Part shown: positions 54,410 to 64,000 of the stretch, piece after piece
Layout: every line of letters starts with the position of its first letter
How positions within the stretch are numbered: the first letter of the stretch is position 1
Source: Octopus sinensis
Taxonomy: Eukaryota
Direction: 5' to 3'
Assembly: GCF_006345805.1 (NCBI RefSeq)
Contig: NC_043018.1
Location: forward strand, 2,542,001-2,606,000
Length of the DNA: 64,000 bases
Translations under genes and position numbers: made by a program
The notes under the pieces: model-generated
Databases searched by the model: none
Told to the model about the DNA's origin: nothing
The model's input: only the letters and a program-made list of their open reading frames with translations

Positions 54410-54671
54410 TACCTCCACCAGCACCACCAGCACCAGCACCAGCACCACCACTGCCACGACGACGACCACCACCAGCACCACAACACCACCACATCACCAC
54501 CACACCACACCACCACCACCACACCACCACCACACCACCACACCACCACCACCACACCACCACCACACCACCACCACACCACCACCACACCACCACCACA
54601 CCACCACCACACCACCACCACCACCACCACCACCATCACCACCACTACTAATACTATAACTACTACTACTA

Positions 54672-54725
<54 letters not shown>
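54410..54725. repeat. (CAC)n/(CACAC) then (TAC)n microsatellites
   Basis: Direct reading. Confidence 0.9.
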
Positions 54726-55337
54726 ATATTTTTTTTACCTTTTCACTTCTTTTTGCTTCCTCTTCAAATCACAGATTCCATCCTCTGCTCCCCGCCTCCC
54801 CCCCCCCACATCTCTGTTTTGCTCTCTTTGATAATACTGTGACCACACAGCAAAGGAGAACCCCTACAACAACAACAGCGGAGGAGGCGGCGGAGGCGGC
54901 AGCAAGTAACCTATCCTCCGCCTTCGGACACGTCGCATCAGTGCGAATCTGGTCTACATCTATTAATTAACAATATTCAAATGACAAGATCAAACGAATA
55001 AACTAATAGATGACCGAACCAGTTAACACTTTCCATAACCTAATGCCAACGCCTATGTTCATTCGAAGTCATTTACCGCCGCCCCCACCTCCCCCTTCAC
55101 CAATGCCACCGCCACCACCGCCGCCGCCAGCAGAAATGCTGCAATATCAACATCATCAACATCGCCATACGCAAATTCACCACCACTACTACAACGACGA
55201 CGGTGATGATAATGATGATGATGATGAGGAGGAGGAGGAGGAGGTGGAGGAGAAGCTGGAGGTAGAAAAGAGGAAGAGGAAGATGAAGCGTATACGGGGG
55301 TCGTGGTCCTGATGCTGTTGGCGTTGCTGCTGCTGAC

Positions 55338-55373
<36 letters not shown>

Positions 55374-55702
55374 CGATGATAATGATTATGATGATGACGA
55401 TGATGGTGTTGGTGTTGATGGTGATGATGATGATGACGATCGCGATGATGATGATGGACATGATAGATGTGATGATGATGATGGACATGATGATGATGAT
55501 GGTGGTGTTGGTGATGATGATGATGATAATGATTATGATGATGACGATTATGTTGATGCTGATTGCGATGATGATGATGATGATGGTGTTGGTGTTGATG
55601 GTGATGATGATGATGTTCGCGATGATGATGATGGACATGATGATGATGATGGTGGTGTTGGTGATGATGAGGATGATGATGATGATGACGATGATAATGA
55701 TT

Positions 55703-55736
<34 letters not shown>

Positions 55737-55960
55737 CGATGATAATGATTATGATGATGATGATGATGATGGTGTTGGTGTTGATGGTGATGTTGATGAT
55801 CGCGATGATGATGATGGACATGATGGACGCGATGAAGATGGAGATGATGATGATGATGGTGGTGTTGGTGATGATGATGATGATGATGATGATAATGCTG
55901 GTAGTGGTGATGATATGAATGAGGATGCCGTTGATGATGATGATGATGATGATGATGAAT
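55338..55960. repeat. (GAT)n array with a ~180-bp higher-order period
   Basis: GGTGTTGGTGTTGATGGT at 55405, 55585 and 55771. Confidence 0.9.
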
Positions 55961-56669
55961 TGTAGCCTAGGAGATTTATGTAGTGGATTTTAATCTACGA
56001 TAGTGTTATGTTCCGCACCAACTCCTCATAACACCACCAGCGAGATGAAAGTCAATGTAATTACCACGGGGATTCAACCTGAAACCAATATCACAAGGCA
56101 CCGCAAGGAATTATTCAACGGCAACCAATCTGAAATAATAATTTTAAGCACAGCCGAATGCGTGGCCGCTTGGTAAGAGGTTTGCTTCCCAGCTACATGG
56201 TTACGGTTTCAGTCCCACTGCGTGGCACCTATTCCTCAGTGTCTTCTGCTATATCCTCGGTCCAACCACAGACTTGTGGGTGGATTTTGCAGATGGAAAC
56301 TGATGTACCTAGAACTCATTCCTTGTAAACTTAAGCCTAGTACTCGTAAGCCTAGTACATATTCTATCAGTGTCATTTTCGAACCGCTGAGTTACGGAAA
56401 CGTAAACCCACCAACGTTGGTTGTCAAGCGATGATAGGGGGCAAAGAGAGACATAAAATATGAAGTGGGACTCAACCCGAAACTATTTGGTTGCGAAGCA
56501 AGCTCCTTACTACACAGCCACACACACACACACACACAATCACACACACTCTTTTACTTATTTCAGTCATTTGACTGCGGGACTTATTCTTTGTAAGCCC
56601 AGTACGTATTCTATCGGTCACTTTTGCCGAACCGCTAAGCGACGGGGACATAAACACACCAGCATCGGT

Positions 56670-56726
<57 letters not shown>

Positions 56727-56728
<2 letters not shown>

Positions 56729-57280
56729 GGACAATATGTCCAATTTTTCGGCATATTTGGCATTAGAATTTTTTTCCTTTGCCCTCATTTATGAATTGTT
56801 TATAAATTTAACCGTTAAAGGTATTTTTTAATATGCTGGCCATTGATAAAATTTTTTTCGAGAAAATATATTTTTTGGGAAAAGAATTTTATCCTCATAT
56901 TTGATATAAATTTAAGCGTTCACTTCCGAACTAACTAACTCACTCTGTGAGAGTCTCAGTTCAAATCGCACGTGCCTCGAATGGGCTGGAGTATTTCTAT
57001 TTTGGATGTATTTGGGGTACTTAGTTGTGCCCATGACTTAGTATTTGCTTCTTCCATGGGTATGAGTAGGTATCTCATTTATTTCTTTCGCCACATGTAT
57101 CACTGACGAAGAGAGGGCTCTTAGCAGCTTACTCTGAAATCGGTCCGATATGGTAATAATGTAATTTTTTAGAGTAGCATGCGTATTGTGAAAAAATTAT
57201 ATGGTTAATGGACAATATGTCCAACTTTTCGGCATATTTGGCATTAGAAAATTTTTCCGTTGCCCTCATTTATGAATTGT
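56727..57280 (+). mobile_element. Retrozyme-like element: ~1.15 copies of a 481-bp unit with one hammerhead, inside (TA)n
   Basis: ~73-bp terminal direct repeat ATGGACAATATGTCCAA...TATGAATTGT at 56727 and 57208. Confidence 0.72.
57098..57155 (+). ncRNA. Type I hammerhead ribozyme with canonical core
   Basis: TATCA-CTGACGA-AGAG-(18 nt)-CTCT-GAAA-TCGG-T-CCGA-TA-TGGTA; AUA site, predicted cut after 57150. Confidence 0.8.
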
Positions 57281-57287
57281 ATATATA

Positions 57288-57338
<51 letters not shown>

Positions 57339-57342
<4 letters not shown>

Positions 57343-57446
57343 CCTTCCCTTCTTTCCTGAGCGTCAAATAATACTTTAATTGTTCCACGTCCCCGCGTTG
57401 CTGTGTTTTTTTCTGTGTTTTCTTGTTTGGATTAACTTTATATATA
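57339..57446 (+). mobile_element. Penelope-like short repeat, family B, 3' part only
   Basis: Reverse complement of 7837-7945; (TA)n on both sides. Confidence 0.75.
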
Positions 57447-59621
57447 TATATATTATATATATATATATATATATAAAAGCAACTGAAGGCGCCATTTTGT
57501 TCTATTTTATACACACCGGAAAGCTTTAAAGCGAAGCTGATGCCGGAATTATTCCATCTGAGAATGTAAATTATCGAAATGTTGAAGCTATTTTTGTGAG
57601 TAGCAAAAGATTCTGCCAAGCTATCCACCATTTTCTGAAGCTCTCATAAAGTTTGGTGAAAATTGTTTTCATCTCCGTATTTTACTATTATTTTCCTCTG
57701 ATCACCGCTGGGTGATAAAGGTTGCTTACATTCATATCTGAATCTAAGCATTCGAACAGTATATCACAAGGCATTTTATCAGACACCACCGATTCTGCAG
57801 AATGAACTTTTGTGTCAGACTATAAAATATGTAATTGCTTTGTTAATGAGAACCTTAATTAAGTAGATTGTAGACATGATCTTAATAATCTTTTCAAATA
57901 TATGCACAAGGCCTGACATTTTGTGGGAGGGGGATAGTGAATTACAAAGACCACAATGCTAAACGGTTCTTAATGTATCGACCCAGAAAAGATGAAAGGC
58001 AAATTGGGCTGCGACAGAATTTGAACCCGGACCGTAAACGCGGCTGTTTCGCCTGGCGTGCTAACGACTCTGCCAGCTAAACGCCTAAAATGCTGAAATA
58101 TTATTGGTTTTCAACTTTGACACAAGCCCAGCTCCCCTGGGAAGTGGGTCGACCCAAGTGCTCAACTGGCAACTATTTTCGCCCACCCCGATCGAACGAC
58201 AGGCAAAGTCTGCCTCTGCAGAATTTGAACACAGTACAGGGAGACAGGCGAAATGTCTCGAAGTGATTAACCCGGCATTTCTACGATTCTAACAGCCTTA
58301 AATGCTGAAATGATTAAGAAGGGCAACTCATAAATTCGTTGAGCACAAGTAAGAGGAAGCTTTTAATCCTCACCTACACTCATTCTACGAACCACTATCC
58401 AATAATATGGAATCTTTCGGTGTACAGTGTTATTTCCGGCAATTCATAGACATATATTCCGATAGGAATAAGCAAGAAAAAATCCTTTACTGGTTTCTGA
58501 TACCTGACATACGCACGAGGACATATCTATTTCAAGTTGAAAAAGAATCCGTGATTATGCCGACTTTACTACGTGGTTCGGATTTTTTCTTGTGTTTTCT
58601 TTTCTTTTGTCAATGGGGAAGGATGAAACGTAGGGTGGATATTGGTGGAATAGGAGAACGCATAATTTCAAAGGCAGCGAAAAAAGCGCATACACACATT
58701 AAGAAGAAGAGGAAAAGATGAAAGCAGTGCACAGTCCTGAATTAAAGAAGTAAAGGAAAGACAAGAACGACAGAAAAGGGAAAAATATAGGGAAAGAAAT
58801 TTATAACAGGGAAATACAACGGTAATAATATAGATACTGCGATATAGAGGACACCTAAAAGAAAAAGGACTGCTAAACCACTAAGAATCGAAAGAATCTA
58901 TTGATATGATGGTCGAGAATGGTTCTTTGGCACCAAGTCAAGTTGTACGTGAAAAATGAACTAAAAATGGATTTAGCTATAATATCAATAAATGAAGGAG
59001 GTTTCTTGGGAGAAATATTGACAGAGAAGGCACTTCCAGGGATTAGAATGAGCAAAACAGCAATGTCAGCAACTGGAGATATGTGGTTGGTTGTGTGGAT
59101 GAAAAGAAAGAAAAAAACATAGAATGAAAAAGCAGAAACTGGAAGGCATAAGTAAATTCAGCAAATCAGAAACGTACAAACTTCTGGCAACGTTTCGCCC
59201 AAATTATTGAATAGGTCGGAAGCCATACCCGATTGGTGAAATGACAAGAAAATTATATTAATCAGGAAAGTAAAAGAACAACCAATCTACAGGTACAAAA
59301 TAATTTCGTCCTACAGGTTAAAACGAACTGTAATCATATCAACGCTGTAAAATATGTTTCCGAGCAAAATTCTAGATTTAATGATCAATTATGGATTAGG
59401 ACTGGCATTGAAGGAAATTGTTAGGGTAGAAGTGCATGAATATGGCCCGGATTGACTACGTGGCGTTTTTTTTTTTTTTTCTCAGCGCTCTCCACTCGTG
59501 GCTTCAGCTTCAATAAATTAGCAACAGCAGCAATCGGTTGATACGTTTTATCAGTCTGAAATATTTAACCAGCACCTTGGGTGACAAAATCGAATCGAAT
59601 TGATAAAAGAAAATGTTCAAA

Positions 59622-60048
59622 CACGTGGTTCCCGGTTCAGTACCACTGCGTGGCACCTTGAGCAAGTTACTTCTACTATAGCCTCGGGCCAACCAAAGTG
59701 TTGTGACTGGATTTGGTAGACGGAAACTGAAAGAAATCCATCGTATTCCTACTATATATATATATATGTGTGTATGTGTGTGTGTGTGTGGTGTGTGTGT
59801 GTGTGTGTGTGCATGCATTTTTGTATGCATGTGTGTGTGTCTGTGTTTGTCTCCCCAACATCACTTGACAATCTATGCTGGTGTGTTTACATTCCCATAA
59901 CCTAGGGTTCGGCAAACAATACCGATATAATAAGTACCAGGCTTACAAATAATAAGTCCTTGGGACTATTTGCTCGACTAAAGGTGATGCTCCAGCATCG
60001 CCGCAGTCAAATCACTGAAACAAGTCAAAGAATATAAGAATAAAAGAA
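59622..60048 (+). mobile_element. SINE family 1, nearly full length
   Basis: GGTTCAGTACC B box; family-1 body; tail CCAGCATCGCCGCAGTCAAATCACTGAAACAAGTCAAAGAAT. Confidence 0.88.
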
Positions 60049-60353
60049 AAATATGTGTATGTATGTACGTATGTACGTATATAGGTACGAATGCCCATCC
60101 GTTCTTCATTACGTCCATACGCATGTATATATATGTTTATGTATATGTATGTATGCATGTATTTATGTACATTGAACGTAAGAAAATATGGCTGCTATAT
60201 CAGTGTAAATCGTATATGAATAGCTGCTATGATTATGAAACCATTGGTACGACTTTAACATCGATTCTTTTACGAAAGAATATATATGAGAGTGTACGTG
60301 TGTGTGTGTGCGTGTGTTTGTTTGTTTGTTTGTTTGTGTGTGTGTGTGTGTGT

Positions 60354-60391
<38 letters not shown>

Positions 60392-61146
60392 ATAATGAAC
60401 TCTTTTACTCCTTTTTCGGACTGAGGTGAACACTTTTAGCGAACGCTTTATACATGATTCGACTGGATTACAGATGATATTTGTCAAACAACCTCCAACG
60501 TTAACGCTTCAAGTGATTAACAAGTAGAAATACCGCTTCAAGGAAAATGTCCAAAGACAAGAACGAAGAGAAGACGACTAATTAAGTGCACTGACGTCAT
60601 GGTAGATGAACAGAGATATGAAAATTACACCAAACGCAAACTTTTAAATGGTCGTAAATTAATGAACTAGACAAAGTTCAACATCGGTAAATGAAAGAAG
60701 AGATTAGCAAGGAATGTTATAGACGCATTAGTTTAATGATTAAGAGAACATTTAGTATAAGAGCAAAAAGTGTTTGTCATTAGTGCTCTACAGTTACGGT
60801 TGTAATATTCTCTACTTGTTTCTAAGCTAGTTAGAATATCTAGATACAAACGCGAAAAAATAACGGGTGTGTCTAGTAAACACAACCCCAACCCTGACAG
60901 ATAAAGTTTGTAATTTAGAATGCAGAGAAGCTTGGAGATTCTTTAGGAAGATATCTTGTAAACTAAAAAAATATTTGCTAACCATTAAGTAAAAGTAATA
61001 TTATCGTACTAGTTTTACTTAACCGTAATTAAATACTAAATATGACAGAACACAAAGGAAGTATTTAATAGTTAAGAGTAATGGTGGGAGGAAAAATCCT
61101 TAATAGACATTAACTTCTGTTCAGTACCGAAATAATAATAATAATG

Positions 61147-61199
<53 letters not shown>

Positions 61200-61209
61200 T
61201 ATATCAGTG

Positions 61210-61388
61210 TTTTCTACTATAGGTACTAAGCCTGACATTTGGGGGAGGTAACTGGTACTTAATTTACCGACCCCGAAGGGATGAAATGCAAAGTCTACCT
61301 CGGCGGAAATTGAACTCAGATGAAGCGGCAGACGAAATACCGCTGAGCATTTCGCCCGGTGTGCTAATGATTCTGCCAACACGCCGCT

Positions 61389-61389
<1 letters not shown>
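61210..61389 (-). mobile_element. SINE family 2 between (AAT)n tracts
   Basis: Family-2 head and central domain on the minus strand. Confidence 0.8.
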
Positions 61390-61446
<57 letters not shown>

Positions 61447-61477
61447 CAACAACAACAACAATAATAATAATAATAAT

Positions 61478-61890
61478 ATACAGACAGAGTGTTAATTCAG
61501 AAGGAAAGGAAAGGATGATGAAACATAGATATAGCATGCCCCGCTGACAACAAAGTATGCGTTAAGGAAGAAAGAAAAGTCGATAGATATGACAGGTTAG
61601 CTTGGGAGGTTAAGCAGTTGTGGGTGCTGAAAAAGGTGGTAGTAGTATCAATAATTGTCGAAGCGCTGGGAATAGTGAGTAAAAATCTTGAGAAGTACAT
61701 GGAACAAATAGATGCTGCAATAAGGGTGGAACACTTGCAGAAAACAGTACTGCTTGGAATCGCTCGAATACTCCGGATAGTGCCGGAAAAATGGGGGTTG
61801 TTACCTTAGTTCACTAGTAGTGAACAGCTAGCACCGTAATACATCTCCAGCATTTGAAGATATGCAAAGACAATAAATAATCAATAAAGT
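61478..61890 (+). mobile_element. R4/Dong-type 3' end flanked by (AAT)n
   Basis: DIACP, ALGIVSKNLEKY, VEHLQKTVLLGIARIL. Confidence 0.85.
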
Positions 61891-61904
61891 TAATAATAAT
61901 AATA

Positions 61905-62990
61905 CTCGAAATACAACCGCAATACCCGAAAGACAATGCTAATGTATGATGCCCTCCAACCTAAGATGAATTTACTCAGGCTCTACATGAAGAGGAAGAA
62001 GGTTTGAGGTGGGCTGAATAGCATACGGGAGGGCATCAACAGTGACAGAAGAAACATGGCAGAAGATCTGCTAGAATCTGCTGCTAATGCAGAAGGACTT
62101 ACCGAAATTGGACTTGAGTGCGAAAATGGACTTCTGATCCTGAACAGCCAACAAGAGAAGAAACCATAATATGCATGGAATTACATGGTCAGTTCCACCG
62201 TGAAACTACCGAATTTAAAGACCACGAAGCACCATGGAGGTGACTCAGCAAGGGTGACCTGAAAAAGGATACGGAAAGCTTAATTATCGCAGGCCGGTAT
62301 CACGCATTGCATAGCAACACAGTGAAAAGGGATATTGAGCTCAAATTCCGCCGAGGTCGACTTTGCCTTTCATTCTTTCGGGGTCGATAAATAAAGTACC
62401 AGTTACGCACTGGGGTCGATGTAATCGACTTAATCCCTTTGTCTGTCCTTGTTTGTCCCCTCTATATTTAGCCCCTTGTGGGCAGTAAAGAAATATATAT
62501 AGCAGACAAGTGCAATGATCCTCTGCAGAAAATGTGGGAAGAAGGTCGAAAGCGTGATTCACAATCTTAGTGCGGAAAGAGTACGAGCACAGACACGACA
62601 GTGTAGCCGAAAACCTTCACTGGCTACTGTGCCGCAAGTATGGATACGAGGTAACGGGTGTTTGGAACAAACAAACGCCAACAAATGTACTGAACGGAAA
62701 AGAGAAGACAAAAATCCTCTGGGACTTTGATTTCGAAACAGACAAGATGTTAGATTACCGAAGGCCAGATATTGTAAACGTTAGTAGGGACAAAAACAAG
62801 AGTGTCAAACAAATGACGTGGCAATGCCATAAAGACCATTCCAGAAGATTATGACAGAAAAAAGTGGATAAATATGGAGACCTGAGAATTGAGATCGCAA
62901 AGATGTGGAGGGTTACGAGAGTCAAATAAAAGTTATCCCTATTGTCATCGGTGCATTGGGTTCAACACCAGCCAAAATGAAAATAAAAAA
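61905..62990 (+). mobile_element. Decayed R4/Dong-type fragment interrupted by a family-2 SINE (62339-62495)
   Basis: RLYMKRK, LHGQFHRE, CRKCGKKVESVIH, RHDSVAENLHW, ILWDF, RRPDIV, VIPIVIGALG; ends in (AAT)n. Confidence 0.85.
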
Positions 62991-63043
62991 CATAATGATA
63001 ATATGATAATAATAATAATAATAATAGTAATAATGATAATATG

Positions 63044-63087
<44 letters not shown>

Positions 63088-64000
63088 GGAAAAAAAAACT
63101 AAACAAAATTAGGATTACGAACATTTTTTATCCCCCATGGGTCATGTTTACATCCTACGAAACGAAGGGTCAACCTAAGATTAACTCAATAACCTTTTGA
63201 GAGGTGTAAAAAAATTGCAACAAGCTTTACCAGAACCATAATTCTCATCATTTTTTCTCTTTTCCCTGCAACATGTCACTGCTAATTCTAAATCACACCG
63301 GAGTGAAACGTCCAATTTGCTGCTATTTGAAGTCTGTGGGTGAGACTTGGAACAGCTCGTAGAAAACAAACCAGCCACAACAAAAGTAATTATGATGGAA
63401 CTGATTTCTGATTTAGTCACCGAAGTGTCGAGGGATGGGTTCAATCGATACCATTGAACAACGCCGTCATCGAAAGGATGAAATAAAAATTAACCTCGGC
63501 GGCTCGGCCGGATGTGAACAACAACAACAACAGCTGCAGCAGCACTAGTATTGGCAGCAGCAGCAGCAGTAGTTGTACTACTACTAGTAGTAGTAGTTGA
63601 AACAATGTTAGCCATAAAGTAAGAGTAATAACTACTGCCTTCAGAAAACAAGTTTAAAATCTGACGTAGGAAGATTATATTTACTGTGAATACAGGATGT
63701 TAGCTATAGATAAAAAGAAAATATTTACTGTCTTCAAGAAAGCTAACAGATAAAAAAATAATGGATGGAGTGAGTGAAGAATCGAGAATCAACAAAAGAA
63801 ATGGTATAAATTGTAAAATCTAATCTAAAACAAAAGGGTGTTTTAGAAGGAATGCTAAAAACAATGGTAATTGTCTCTATAGCCAATACCTAAATATTAT
63901 TGATTAAGATCGGAAATGCAAACATTCGCGACTTTGGCAGAGTGCCACAGGACCGAAAATTGATTCTGGAGCGTGTTTGATTGCAGCAATGGATTTCCTG

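Noticed and set aside
63181-63444. 87-aa minus-strand ORF with a hydrophobic stretch
   Set aside because: Non-ATG start, no splice support, no recognisable homology.

Overview
AT-rich, microsatellite-dense eukaryotic DNA, very probably from an Octopus genome (inferred from its repeat families, not proven). I could not confidently identify any host gene, rRNA or true tRNA gene; nearly all ORFs in the track are translations of (AT)n, (AC)n, (ATT)n or (GAT)n repeats. Recognisable content: three tRNA-headed SINE families in many copies, a 2-kb 5'-truncated CR1/L2-group LINE, RTE-BovB 3' fragments, R4/Dong-type fragments attached to (AAT)n arrays (one 2.5 kb long), three decayed mariner transposons and two MITEs. 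The main unexplained signal is a set of type I hammerhead ribozyme (HHR) folds from at least six unrelated short non-coding repeat families, mostly embedded in (TA)n. Three are greater-than-unit-length direct repeats with one HHR per 354-481 nt unit, which is retrozyme-like architecture. Others form fold-back palindromes whose breakpoints lie at or inside the ribozyme. No Penelope-like RT that could mobilise them is recognisable in the window. A second theme is SINE/LINE modularity: a LINE 3' stem-loop is shared with SINE tails with compensatory base changes, and a SINE dimer inserted as a single event. All structures were folded by eye and activity is untested.
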